A stretch of 64,000 nucleotides of DNA from Candidatus Woesearchaeota archaeon (GTDB taxonomy: Archaea; Nanobdellota; Nanobdellia; Woesearchaeales; UBA10216). A program made the position numbers and the translations under genes. Below the pieces are notes generated by a model, which did no database searches, had not been told where the DNA came from, and was given only the letters and a program-made list of their open reading frames with translations. Shown here piece by piece: positions 42,637 to 52,281 of this stretch. Each line of letters starts with the position of its first letter. Within the stretch, counting starts at the first letter, position 1. The stretch is taken from contig JACPTG010000004.1 of assembly GCA_016192905.1 (NCBI GenBank), positions 5,745-69,744 of the forward strand, given 5' to 3'.

Positions 42637-44813
42637 AAAATAAGCTTGAATCCAATGAGCCCCCTGAAGAGCTTTTCAGCTCCATAAACAGGAGGCGGGC
42701 AAAGGAGCTTGAAGCCCTCAACAAAAGGCTGCGCGACCACATACTTCTAAGGGATTCTGCCCAGCGCGGCCTTGTTGATGAGTTCAAGAGGCAGATTGCG
42801 GAGAAGGACTCCATGATTCACAGGCTCACCAGCGAGCTTGACAACGCGCTGGCTGGCTCAGGGGAAAAGGACTCATTAAAACTGAGAGTTGCCAGCCTTG
42901 AATCTGAGAACAAAAAGCTCGCCTCAAAAGGAAGAGCCCTCGAGTCAGGGCTTGAATTGATGCAGCATGTAAAGGAAAAGGATTCCCAGTCAAGGGTGCA
43001 GGCCCTCTCTGCACGAATTGCAGAACTGGAGCGGCTCAACTCAGAGCTAAGCCAACGTACAGACTCCTTCAGGCCGGTAATGCAGCCCAAAAAACCTGAC
43101 GTAGAGGTTCTGGCGCTGAGGAACAAGGTGGCTGAACTGGAAGGCCTCAACAGAAAACTCCGCGACCACATACTCCTAAGGGACTCTGCCGAAAGGGCAA
43201 TGATCGAAGAATACAGGCAACAGATGGCCCAGAAGGATGAGCTGCTCAAGGCACTTGACTCCTCAAAGCTGGAATCAGACTCAGCCAGATTCTCTGAAAA
43301 TTCAGCCCTGTTCGCAACAGGCCTCCAAAAGGCCCAGCAGGCGTCCTCAATACTCAAGGCCCAGATTGAAACGAAAGAGGATGAAATTGAAAAGCTCAAG
43401 CAGGCCCATGATTCAAAAGAAAAATCATACGAAGCGTTGTGCACCCAGCTTACAGCCCAGCTGAAAGAGCGCAGCTTTGAGGTTGAAAGGCTGAAGGCAT
43501 TCGTATCCCAAAGGGAGGCGCTATACCAGAGCGTGGAGGCTGAGCTTGAGAAGGAAATCGCAAAAAAGGATGCACTGCTCAGGAAGCATGAGGTTTCCAG
43601 GCCAGCAGAGCACGTCATAGAGCTTGAAGAGCAGATAGCCCATTCAAGACAGGTCATAACACTAAAGGAGGCAGCAGCCAAAAGGGCATTCCTAGACTCG
43701 GTCAGGCTAAGAGAGAAAAACTCGGGCCTGGAAGCAGACCTCAAGGAGGTTAAAACAGCATTTGAATCCTCAAAGCAGGATTATGAGAGGCTGCTCTCAC
43801 GCCTGAAGGCAGAGTCAGACCGCTCCATCAAAGCACTCATAACCGACTATTCATCCAGAGAGGCTATGTTAAGGGCTGAAAATGAAAAGCTCAAGTCAGA
43901 GGTTTCAAGAAAACAGCTTGAGCTTGGAGAGCAGTCAAGGAAAATTGACGCAGCCATAACCGAATTCAGGGCCAGGTCAGACCAAATAATACAGCTCAGG
44001 CCAATAACGCAGGTTACGCCTGCTCCAGAGCCAGCTGCGCCGGATACAACGGTCCAGAGCCAGACTCCAAGGCATATACAGACAGAAGAACAGCTTAACG
44101 ACTACGCAAAGAAAGCCAGGGCCCTGAGAGAGAGCCTCTTCAAGAAGGACAGGGAGCTAATAAGCCGGGAAAATGAGATGAAACGCCGCGAAGAACAGCT
44201 CAGCCTTAAGGACAGCGAACTGAACACAATGCTTGGCGTTGTTGAGCGGAGGTTTGCCGAACTCCAGCAGCGTGAGGAAAGCCTGTCAAGGCAGGAACAA
44301 ATCCTGCTCAAGCAACAGGAAGCCCTAAACAAGGAGCTAAACTCCATGCCTGAGGCAAAGCCAGCTGAAATGCGGCCTGCTATTGCATCAATTAAAGCAG
44401 AGCCTGAAATTAAGATAGCAGGGCCTGAACCTAAACAAAGGCCAAAGCCCATTGTAAAGCCAGCCATAATCAAACAGGCTGTAAGCGTGGTTGCCCAGGA
44501 GCAGCCGGTACAACAGCTACCAAAGGAGCAGCCCAAAGACAGAGGGCCCCTGCTCATGGAGGAACTTGAAACAGTCCAAAGGATTATCCCAATAAAAGCC
44601 TCAAGCCAGAAGGTTGTTCCAGCGCCAAAGCAGGACGCAGAGATAGACCTGGCAAGCCAGTCCATAGGATACCATGAAGTTGACGAAATCGCAGCAATGG
44701 CTGACGTTGCCCTGCAGCACAATACCTCTGTGGAACAGATAAGAAAGAGCCTGGCAGCATCAGGCTACTCAAAAGAAAGCATCGAAAAGGCGTTCAAGAA
44801 GATGGGGCTTTAG
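42633..44813 (+). CDS. Long coiled-coil protein with small globular C-terminal domain, hypothetical
   Basis: 726 aa, E/K/L/Q/R-rich heptad-like sequence. A ~40-aa motif is duplicated internally (LNKRLRDHILLRDSAQRGLVDEFKRQIAEKD and LNRKLRDHILLRDSAERAMIEEYRQQMAQKD). There is an ATGA overlap with the rfcS stop. Confidence 0.75.
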   Translation: MKNKLESNEPPEELFSSINRRRAKELEALNKRLRDHILLRDSAQRGLVDEFKRQIAEKDSMIHRLTSELDNALAGSGEKDSLKLRVASLESENKKLASKGRALESGLELMQHVKEKDSQSRVQALSARIAELERLNSELSQRTDSFRPVMQPKKPDVEVLALRNKVAELEGLNRKLRDHILLRDSAERAMIEEYRQQMAQKDELLKALDSSKLESDSARFSENSALFATGLQKAQQASSILKAQIETKEDEIEKLKQAHDSKEKSYEALCTQLTAQLKERSFEVERLKAFVSQREALYQSVEAELEKEIAKKDALLRKHEVSRPAEHVIELEEQIAHSRQVITLKEAAAKRAFLDSVRLREKNSGLEADLKEVKTAFESSKQDYERLLSRLKAESDRSIKALITDYSSREAMLRAENEKLKSEVSRKQLELGEQSRKIDAAITEFRARSDQIIQLRPITQVTPAPEPAAPDTTVQSQTPRHIQTEEQLNDYAKKARALRESLFKKDRELISRENEMKRREEQLSLKDSELNTMLGVVERRFAELQQREESLSRQEQILLKQQEALNKELNSMPEAKPAEMRPAIASIKAEPEIKIAGPEPKQRPKPIVKPAIIKQAVSVVAQEQPVQQLPKEQPKDRGPLLMEELETVQRIIPIKASSQKVVPAPKQDAEIDLASQSIGYHEVDEIAAMADVALQHNTSVEQIRKSLAASGYSKESIEKAFKKMGL

Positions 44814-44816
44814 ATT

Positions 44817-45623
44817 ATGGAAAAGAGACTTGCAGTGGTTGCAGGAATTCTGATTCTATTGGCGCCTTTGGCAGTGCTTGGCCTGCCAAGAATAGACAAG
44901 GCATTGTTCCCAGCAAACCAAGCTCCTGGGCCAATTACAATCTTCGGAGTAGGGCTTGTCTTTACAGCGCTTACAGTAATAATCCTGATTAACTACACCA
45001 GGGAAAAAAACATGGGCAAGGCCTTTCTCTTTGCAGCCATTAGCTATAACATTCTGCTGGTGATTACCCGGTTTATATCATCGCCCTTAAGCCTATACGA
45101 GGCAAATAAGTTTAAAACCTTTGACTGCACAATCTGGGACAGTCCTATACTTATCGGGATTATTGCCATTTATGTCTTCATGCTCTACTTTGCCGTGTTC
45201 CTGCTTTTTTACCTATTTAGCAGAAACATAGTGAGCGCAAAGATAGGCCCACAAGACATAAAACCCCTCTTCAGCCTTAAAATTCCTGCATTCATCGGGA
45301 TTGCACTCCTGGCGATGCTGATATTAGGGGGTGGCAGTATGGTCTTGATACTAGTATTTTTCCCTCTACTTGACTATCTCAGGATAATTTTCTCAACACT
45401 GATGGGGGCTGCCATTGCGCTTGCACTGCTTGGAGCCGTCCTATTCCTAAAGGCTGCCTTTAAGGAGGCTGCTGAGCAGGCAATAGCAATAAGAGATGCA
45501 GGGGTCCTGGCAGGGTTCTTCTGGCTCGGCGCCGGGCTGCTGGTCCTGTATTCTTCAATGTGGCTGGTTTACATATTAACAGTCATTGCCATTTGGCCGC
45601 TTAAGACAGTCTGCCCAAAATGA
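44817..45623 (+). CDS. Polytopic membrane protein, hypothetical
   Basis: 268 aa with at least six hydrophobic segments. There is an ATGA overlap with the next gene. Confidence 0.7.
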   Translation: MEKRLAVVAGILILLAPLAVLGLPRIDKALFPANQAPGPITIFGVGLVFTALTVIILINYTREKNMGKAFLFAAISYNILLVITRFISSPLSLYEANKFKTFDCTIWDSPILIGIIAIYVFMLYFAVFLLFYLFSRNIVSAKIGPQDIKPLFSLKIPAFIGIALLAMLILGGGSMVLILVFFPLLDYLRIIFSTLMGAAIALALLGAVLFLKAAFKEAAEQAIAIRDAGVLAGFFWLGAGLLVLYSSMWLVYILTVIAIWPLKTVCPK

Positions 45624-46612
45624 GGCTGCTCAAGCTTCCAAAGCTATTTTTCCAGCTGCTCAGGTATCGCGTGGCTGTGATGCTGCTGATGTTCCTGCTT
45701 CTCGGAATTGCAGTTCACGACGGGCTCACAGGATTCAGCGTTTATTATCTGTACGCGGCGATTTCAGTCATTTGCGGGTATGTGGCGGCAACAAGCATCA
45801 ACGACATCGCAGACGAGAAGATAGACAAAGTAAACCATCCTGGCAGCGAAGGGAGGCCCCTGGTTTCAGGCGAAGCATCTGTGGCTGACCTGTATACATT
45901 AAATGGCCTCTCGGCTGCTGCCTCAGTTTTATTTGCATTTATCATTGGAAACACGGCACTTGTTATAGCCCTGATATCTGTTACCATAAGCTATGCTTAT
46001 TCCCTTCGGCCTGCTGCCATTTCGCACAGGACGCACGGAGCATACTTTCTCCTGGCTGTAGCATACGTGCTGCTGCCATACTGGCTTGGCGTTGCAGCCA
46101 CAGGCGCAGTATTCGGGATTTCAGACCTGTACCTTACGGCTTCCCTTATGGCCCTTTTTTTTGGAAGGATACTGCTCAAGGATTTCAGGGACAGAAAAGG
46201 AGACACCGCCTATGGAAAGCCAACCTTCCTTCTAAAGTACGGCAAACGTGCCACGGTAACTTTAAGCGCAATATCAATTCTTGCCGGAAATGCCCTTCTC
46301 CTCCTTTCGCTCAGGGAAAACGGAATTATCAAGTTGCTGCTGCTTGAAATCCTTTTTGTCCTTATCTACGCATCCGGCTATATGCTCCTAAAAGCAAGGA
46401 GCTTCAAGTCTGAGCAGGTGGCCATAGGACTTGGTGCAAAGCTTGGCAACGGAGTTGTCCTAAGCCTTCTTGGCCTTTTCATACTAAAAGGGTATAATGC
46501 TCCTGAAGGGCACGCCCTCTTTTTTCAGGCAGCAATAACCATGCTTTTTGCCGCAAGTTTCGCCTACCTGGCACAAAGGCCAAAGATTGCCATAATAGGC
46601 TACAGGGGTTAG
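45620..46612 (+). CDS. UbiA-family prenyltransferase (possibly DGGGP synthase)
   Basis: NDIADEKIDKVNHPGSEGRPLVSGE is the NDxxDxxxD motif. The protein is polytopic and sits next to a polyprenyl synthase gene. Confidence 0.8.
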   Translation: MRLLKLPKLFFQLLRYRVAVMLLMFLLLGIAVHDGLTGFSVYYLYAAISVICGYVAATSINDIADEKIDKVNHPGSEGRPLVSGEASVADLYTLNGLSAAASVLFAFIIGNTALVIALISVTISYAYSLRPAAISHRTHGAYFLLAVAYVLLPYWLGVAATGAVFGISDLYLTASLMALFFGRILLKDFRDRKGDTAYGKPTFLLKYGKRATVTLSAISILAGNALLLLSLRENGIIKLLLLEILFVLIYASGYMLLKARSFKSEQVAIGLGAKLGNGVVLSLLGLFILKGYNAPEGHALFFQAAITMLFAASFAYLAQRPKIAIIGYRG

Positions 46613-46617
46613 GCAAG

Positions 46618-46627
46618 AATTTTATAT
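46618..46627 (+). promoter_or_regulatory. TATA-like box upstream of the polyprenyl synthase gene
   Basis: aattttatat is centred about 25 nt upstream of the ATG at 46649. Confidence 0.45.
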
Positions 46628-46648
46628 GCCCTGGAATCACCTTATGCC

Positions 46649-47683
46649 ATGGAGGAGTATGTAAGGACTGCTGTATCCAGAGTTGAGTCAGAAATCAGGA
46701 GCTTCCTTCCCAAAGAGTCTTCTGGCGAATGGTGCAAAGGCATTGTTGATGGACTGGCTGATCCAGACTCCCTGATCCAAGTGTCCAGCAAACCCTTCTA
46801 TGAGCTTTTTGAAAGGGGAGGAAAGCGACTGAGACCTGTATTTGCATGCCTGGCGCATGATGCCCTGGGAGGCGAAAGCCCTGACATTTACAGGCTTGCA
46901 GGCATGATAGAGGTAGTCCACACAGGCACCTTAATTTTGGACGATATCGAGGACAAATCCGAGATAAGAAGGGGAAAGCCTGCTGTCCACAGAATTTTCG
47001 GCACAGAATTATCCATAAACACAGGCGTGCTTCTTGCATTTCTGCCGCAATTGCTGATTCAGAGAACCAGCCTGAGCATGGCTCAGAAGGCCTCCATGCA
47101 TGAGGCCATGGTACAGCACTTGACCAAGGTCATTGCAGGCCAAGGGCTTGATTTGTACTGGAGCAAAAGCCTCAAATTCGATGTCGGGCTGGATGACCAC
47201 CTTATCATGTGCAGGCTTAAGACCGGCTCCCTGTTTGCTGCTGCTGCAAAAATCGGAGCAATAGCCGCGGGCGCAGAACAACAGGTTATTGACAGGCTCG
47301 CGACTGCAGCTGAAGATGCCGGAGAAGCATTTCAAGTTCAGGACGACCTCCTCAATTTAAGGCCTTCTGCCAGCCTCGGCAAGGCGTTTGCAGAGGATAT
47401 TACAGAAGGCAAGGTCACATTCCCTGTTTTATTTTCAATGGCCAGAGCAGGCACTGAGGACAGGCTTAGGCTTCTGGGAATCCTCACTTCTGGAACCAGG
47501 CAGCCCGGCGAGCTCCAGGCCGCGATTAAGATTATTCAGGAGACAGGCGCTATTGCTGAAGCCAAGTCACACGCCGACAAGCTATTCAGAAGCGCAAAAC
47601 AAGGGTTTTCAGAGGCCTTGCCTGATGGCCGGCACAGGGAGATTCTGCTTACGCTCATAGACTCAATCGCGGCAAGAGGATAG
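46649..47683 (+). CDS. Polyprenyl (probably geranylgeranyl) diphosphate synthase
   Basis: LILDDIED (first DDxxD) and FQVQDDLLN (second DDxxD) are present. Confidence 0.9.
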   Translation: MEEYVRTAVSRVESEIRSFLPKESSGEWCKGIVDGLADPDSLIQVSSKPFYELFERGGKRLRPVFACLAHDALGGESPDIYRLAGMIEVVHTGTLILDDIEDKSEIRRGKPAVHRIFGTELSINTGVLLAFLPQLLIQRTSLSMAQKASMHEAMVQHLTKVIAGQGLDLYWSKSLKFDVGLDDHLIMCRLKTGSLFAAAAKIGAIAAGAEQQVIDRLATAAEDAGEAFQVQDDLLNLRPSASLGKAFAEDITEGKVTFPVLFSMARAGTEDRLRLLGILTSGTRQPGELQAAIKIIQETGAIAEAKSHADKLFRSAKQGFSEALPDGRHREILLTLIDSIAARG

Positions 47684-47687
47684 AAAT

Positions 47688-48629
47688 TTATCTCAAATGC
47701 TTGACAAGAATAGCTGTGTCCTCATGCTGCTTGTAGTTGTAGGAAAGCTCTATGCTGATTGGAGTCTGGAACTCCCTCTGGCCTGACACTGAGGCGGTAT
47801 TCATTGAGCAGGTGACAGGCCTCTTGTTCTCAGTAAGAACCACGTCGCCCTCGTTTGTGCCGCCAAGGGTTGAGCAGGTGATTGCGCCAACGCTTGCAGA
47901 CACCTTGACATGCACCTTGTTCTTGTTCTGGAAAGCCGTGTCGCAAAGGGCTCCTGAATGCACTGCGCCTGTTCCCTTATGGACCACATCAAATGAAAAA
48001 GTGAGCTTATTCTCTCCGCCGGGGTCCTGCTTGAAGTTTGCAACCTGCACAGGCGAGCCTGAATTTGAAACTGTCTTTGCCTCATCTATCTTGCAAGTCG
48101 GCTCGCGGTCAAACCTTGGAAGGAGCTTGTCAACGCAGAACTGGGTCGTGGAGAGCGTCTTATACCTGTAGCAGATATCTGCCCTTAAAGTGAATGGCGT
48201 GTTCCCAGGCAGGGAATGCTTATACTTGAAAGGCTCATCAGGGCTGACGCCGAAAGACACGTGTATCGGGCTGCCCTCTGTGCACTTGCCATCCTGATCC
48301 TTCTGCCTGGAGGGAACTGCCTCTGCAACTATTTTGCTGTATGACGGGCCGCCAAAGTCTGACTGGCTAATCCCTGACAACTCTATTTTCGTATCTGACG
48401 GCTGAACTGTGAACTCACCCTTGTTCAGGAGCCGCAGGGTCACCTCAAATGGGAACTGGTTGTTGTCAAACACCTCTGCCGGAGGGCCGCCCTCAACAAA
48501 CTTCATCTCGATGCCATCAATGCCTCCGCAAAATGGGCTCCCGCCAGAGCCTGGCTGAGTCTGGGTGCATCCTGCAAGTATTAAAGAAACAAGTATAATG
48601 ACAAGAGGAAGCACCTGTTTTGACTTCAT
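47688..48629 (-). CDS. Lipobox-bearing secreted protein, paralog 1 of 3
   Basis: MKSKQVLPLVIILVSLILAGCTQ carries a LAGC lipobox. It shares blocks with the next two genes: GIEMKFVEGGPP, ADICYRYKTLSTTQFCVD, SGSPVQVANF and ELSYNYKQ. Confidence 0.8.
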   Translation of the reverse strand: MKSKQVLPLVIILVSLILAGCTQTQPGSGGSPFCGGIDGIEMKFVEGGPPAEVFDNNQFPFEVTLRLLNKGEFTVQPSDTKIELSGISQSDFGGPSYSKIVAEAVPSRQKDQDGKCTEGSPIHVSFGVSPDEPFKYKHSLPGNTPFTLRADICYRYKTLSTTQFCVDKLLPRFDREPTCKIDEAKTVSNSGSPVQVANFKQDPGGENKLTFSFDVVHKGTGAVHSGALCDTAFQNKNKVHVKVSASVGAITCSTLGGTNEGDVVLTENKRPVTCSMNTASVSGQREFQTPISIELSYNYKQHEDTAILVKHLR

Positions 48630-48670
48630 ACCGGGCTGGCCTTGTGAATGGTGTTTTATAAATCTTTCTT

Positions 48671-49588
48671 TTACCTGGGTATCTTGGCGATTTCCAGGTC
48701 CTTGCTGACACTGTCCCTGTAACCATACCTGAGCCTGATGATTATCGGAGAGTTGAATGCAGCATTCTGGCCTCCTGGAATGCTATACGTGCAGAGGAAG
48801 CTCTTCCTGCCGTCTATAAGCTTAATGAAGCCCTCATTGTTGCCAAGGTCGACATTGCACGGCTGGCCGCCAATTGTAACTGACTCCACCCTTATCTGGT
48901 TAAGCTCCTCAAACTTCAGGCCAGGGCCGTAAGGCTGGCAACCATCCTCATGATCCACCTGGTAAACCAGGCCAGGGCCTACATTCTGGACGTGTATTGT
49001 AAACCTTATCTTGCCTGCGGCATTGCTCGGCTCTATCCTGGTTACAGCAACAGGCGCGCCCTGGCTGGACAAGCTTACTGGAGCTGACGTGCACACTTTC
49101 TGCCTCTCTGTAACGCCAAAGGGGGTTGGATCAACGCAAACCATTGTCGAGGCTATGGTCTCGTAATTGTAACAGGCAGTTGCCAGTATCCTTGTCCTGT
49201 AAACATCCACCTCGTCACTCAGCCTGGCATTCACCTTGAAATCCTTCCATGCAATCTCACCCTGCGAGTCTCCCACAGACTTTCCCCTAATGCCAAGCCC
49301 ATCATAAGGGATTCCTGCGCCGTTGGGGTTGCGCAGGTCACTGAGCACGCTTGGGTCAAACCCGCTAAGGTATACGTTGCCCTCTGCGGTCGCCCAGCCA
49401 GTGTTCTTTATCTGCAGGCTGATGCCCATCTCGCCTGGAACGATAAACCTGTCCGGGGGATTACCCTGGATAAAGCTCATCTCCAATCCGCGAGTACCAG
49501 ACCTTGTGTCAGGGGCTGACTGCTGCCCGCAGCCGGCAATCGCAATCGCGGCAAATACAAGAATTATGGCGGCTGCTCCTTTGCTCAT
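48671..49588 (-). CDS. Lipobox-bearing secreted protein, paralog 2 of 3
   Basis: MSKGAAAIILVFAAIAIAGCGQ carries the lipobox. Shared blocks are GLEMSFIQGNPP, ATACYNYETIASTMVCVD, QGAPVAVTRIEP and RLRYGYRD. Confidence 0.8.
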   Translation of the reverse strand: MSKGAAAIILVFAAIAIAGCGQQSAPDTRSGTRGLEMSFIQGNPPDRFIVPGEMGISLQIKNTGWATAEGNVYLSGFDPSVLSDLRNPNGAGIPYDGLGIRGKSVGDSQGEIAWKDFKVNARLSDEVDVYRTRILATACYNYETIASTMVCVDPTPFGVTERQKVCTSAPVSLSSQGAPVAVTRIEPSNAAGKIRFTIHVQNVGPGLVYQVDHEDGCQPYGPGLKFEELNQIRVESVTIGGQPCNVDLGNNEGFIKLIDGRKSFLCTYSIPGGQNAAFNSPIIIRLRYGYRDSVSKDLEIAKIPR

Positions 49589-49618
49589 TCCTGCGATTCC
49601 CCAACTTTCGTATATAAA

Positions 49619-50557
49619 TTATTCGGTCTTTGTTATCGTGACCTTTTTGGACTCGCTTGACATGTACCCGTAGCTCAGCTTTACAAGAAGCGGGGTGTTG
49701 TAGCTTGGAGTGGATGCCGGAACAGCCTCTGAAGCGATGCACCTCACCTTACCCTCGCCTGACTCCAGCCTGACAGGGTTCGGGCTGCAATCAAGCCCTT
49801 TTTCCGAAAGGCTGGCTGTTATGCCCACCATATTCAGCGCCCTTGGCTCAAGGATAGCCTCTGTGCACAGGGCTTGTACTGCCTCGCCGCTGACAACCTG
49901 GCCCAAGCCAACATTCTTGATATGAACAGTATATTGGGGCCTTACTGCTGTAATTGAACTTCCGCTTCCATCAGGAAGCATTTCAGGCTCAATCTTTACA
50001 ACAGCAACAGGCGCGCCCTGGCCGCTAAAGGCTAAGGATTTTGGAACACATGCCTTCTGCTTCATGTTGATGTTCAGCAGGTCAGCATCTATGCATGTAT
50101 CTGACAATGATTCTGTCGAGTACCTGTAGCAGGCTACAGCAGTTATCTTTGTTTCCCTCTTCTTTGACTGAACCTCAGTAAACGGCAGTGTCTGCGATGA
50201 GAAAAATTCGAATATGACTGTGCCAGGCGGGTTTGCCGGGCCCCTTCCAAGGAGTGAAACCTCACGTGAAGCATCCTCAACCCGAATATAATCCGGATTG
50301 TATATTATTGCCAGAAGGCCGCTGTCCACATCCGCAGCACCCTTATTGCTGATTTTCAGGCTGATTTTATAATCAACTCCCGCCTCCTCGCCTGCCTGCA
50401 GGTTTTCAGGGGGCCCGTTGGGAAGGAACTCTATCTTAATGCCCTCTGTACCTGAATGAATTGCCGAGTAGGAGACAGGCAAGCTTGGGCTTCCATCCCC
50501 TGACTTGCAGCCTGCCAGGGTCATCAGCGCAAGTATCGCGAATGCAGGCCATTTCAT
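49619..50557 (-). CDS. Lipobox-bearing secreted protein, paralog 3 of 3
   Basis: MKWPAFAILALMTLAGCKS carries the lipobox. Shared blocks are GIKIEFLPNGPP, AVACYRYSTESLSDTCID, QGAPVAVVKIEP and KLSYGYMS. There is an ATGA overlap with the upstream gene. Confidence 0.8.
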   Translation of the reverse strand: MKWPAFAILALMTLAGCKSGDGSPSLPVSYSAIHSGTEGIKIEFLPNGPPENLQAGEEAGVDYKISLKISNKGAADVDSGLLAIIYNPDYIRVEDASREVSLLGRGPANPPGTVIFEFFSSQTLPFTEVQSKKRETKITAVACYRYSTESLSDTCIDADLLNINMKQKACVPKSLAFSGQGAPVAVVKIEPEMLPDGSGSSITAVRPQYTVHIKNVGLGQVVSGEAVQALCTEAILEPRALNMVGITASLSEKGLDCSPNPVRLESGEGKVRCIASEAVPASTPSYNTPLLVKLSYGYMSSESKKVTITKTE

Positions 50558-52212
50558 GGAGAGACCTCAGGAACGGCCTCGCCAGCCTCACTGGAGCCCT
50601 CACCTGCACTTCCTTCCTCAACCGGAGCTGCTTCCTCAGGCGGCTGTGCGGGCGGTTCAGAGCCTGCTTTTTCAGGAACCTTCCTTTTTTCCTTTAAGTC
50701 AAGGGAAAGGTCCTTCTCAACAGAATAAACATAGCGGGCGTTAACCTTGAAGTTCCTGATGGCGAAAGGCTTTCCAGCCAAAAGCAAGGTATTATCAGTA
50801 ACCAGCAGGCTGCACCTGAAACTCTGATACTTGTCAATCTTAGTGAATTTTTCAGAGTCATCCTCGCGCTCTGCGGCTATGTCCAGAGAGTACAGGCTGT
50901 TTCCTGAAGAGTCCTCGCCAGCGTGGATGAACTTATGCGTACATCCCTCAGTTTCATACAGCTCTATTCCCCTTGGGAGGGTAATCACAACCTCTTCAAT
51001 GTCCTCAATCCTGCCTGACCACCTGTTGCTTATAGTTATCCCCAGTGACATCCTTGAGGCATCCTCCAGCCCGATTGGAGGCTCTGGAGCGCTAATGCCT
51101 ATCATGACAGGCCCGGGAGTGTGCACTGCAACAGGCTTTGGATCAGGCGCATCGTAAAGCCTCAACGGGTCTAAGCCATCCCTACCCAGAGACTTTAAAG
51201 TCTCTTTTTTCATGAAGTAACTGAGGAGCTCAGCCTGTGTTGTGAACCTGAACTGCGCAGCTGCCTTAATAGGATGAGTCCCTCTCTTAAGCCCCTTCAA
51301 CCTGCAGTCGAAGACAATGGTCTCTGAGCCAAGGATCTCAAAGGCCTCAGGCTGCGCCTGTCCTTCTGTCTCATCTGTCTTCTCCCTGTCAGACCAGCAG
51401 CGCGGGCTGGCGGAAATTGGCCTTGTCCTGTCAAGATTCGCGGCCTTGACTGTTGCCAGAAGCAAAACATCCTGGCCCTCCCTGTATTCCTGGTCTGCGG
51501 TCTTAAGCTCTGTAATGGACAGACTTATGGCAGAGCCAGACTCCTCTTTTCCAGGGTAAAATGCCTGGGTCGCAGAGTTGATATAATTATCCCAAGCCTT
51601 CTGCACTGTAACTGGAAGATTGACAATAGCGCGGCCAGTCTTCTGCAGCCCACCAATCAAAGTCCCCAAAGAATCCTGCGGGCCTGCCTGCACCCTTGTT
51701 TCAGCAAGGCCCAGCCGCTCAAGGACAAGGGAAAGCTGAGGGTAAATTATTCCAAAGACCAGCAAAAGGACAAGACAAACCCTTAGAAGCTCACCAAAAA
51801 AGCTCTTTGGAATATAGCTCTTGATGAACACCCAGGCCCAAACAGGGGCGAGCATGAGCAGGGACATGTTCAAAAGGAGCGTAAAGTCGCCCTGCGGCAG
51901 CTTTGAAACCTGCAGCCAAAGGTATGGTATGCCAAGGGAAAGCAGGGAGATGAAAATGGCTGGCTTAAGCTCAATTACCCTGAACAGGTAGGCGAATGTC
52001 ACAATAAGAAAATAAGCAAGAACCCTTGCCTCCAGGCTGATGTTATACCTGACTATCAGCTCATAGAACTGGTACAGGACCACAAACAGTATGAAGATTG
52101 CAGGAACCTCTGCCTTAGGCTTCAGAAAGTCAGGCCACCTCATAGTTATGCTTGTGCGCTGCGGCGGAGAATTCTCCCTTGCCAGAAGGTTATACGTTGG
52201 GTCTGGAGCCAT
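50554..52212 (-). CDS. Polytopic membrane protein with large extracytoplasmic domain and acidic tail
   Basis: 552 aa. About six N-terminal hydrophobic helices precede a soluble domain with features resembling the lipoprotein paralogs (GPVMIGISAPEPP, FKVNARYVYSVEKD). The tail is E/A/P-rich. Confidence 0.8.
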   Translation of the reverse strand: MAPDPTYNLLARENSPPQRTSITMRWPDFLKPKAEVPAIFILFVVLYQFYELIVRYNISLEARVLAYFLIVTFAYLFRVIELKPAIFISLLSLGIPYLWLQVSKLPQGDFTLLLNMSLLMLAPVWAWVFIKSYIPKSFFGELLRVCLVLLLVFGIIYPQLSLVLERLGLAETRVQAGPQDSLGTLIGGLQKTGRAIVNLPVTVQKAWDNYINSATQAFYPGKEESGSAISLSITELKTADQEYREGQDVLLLATVKAANLDRTRPISASPRCWSDREKTDETEGQAQPEAFEILGSETIVFDCRLKGLKRGTHPIKAAAQFRFTTQAELLSYFMKKETLKSLGRDGLDPLRLYDAPDPKPVAVHTPGPVMIGISAPEPPIGLEDASRMSLGITISNRWSGRIEDIEEVVITLPRGIELYETEGCTHKFIHAGEDSSGNSLYSLDIAAEREDDSEKFTKIDKYQSFRCSLLVTDNTLLLAGKPFAIRNFKVNARYVYSVEKDLSLDLKEKRKVPEKAGSEPPAQPPEEAAPVEEGSAGEGSSEAGEAVPEVSP

Positions 52213-52281
52213 CTATCCCTGAGCCTCTTTGTTTAAAGGAACTTAATCGCCCAGGCGCATTTAAATCTTTCTAGAAGCAAT

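Noticed and set aside
42818-43744. 308-aa Ser-rich ORF antisense to the coiled-coil gene. Similar antisense ORFs are 44102..44722, 33240..33869, 29423..29992, 30353..30961 and 38093..38656
   Set aside because: These are typical antisense shadows of GAA/AAG/GCT-rich coding sequence (Ser/Leu/Phe-rich, no motifs). The sense-strand genes have clear family signatures.
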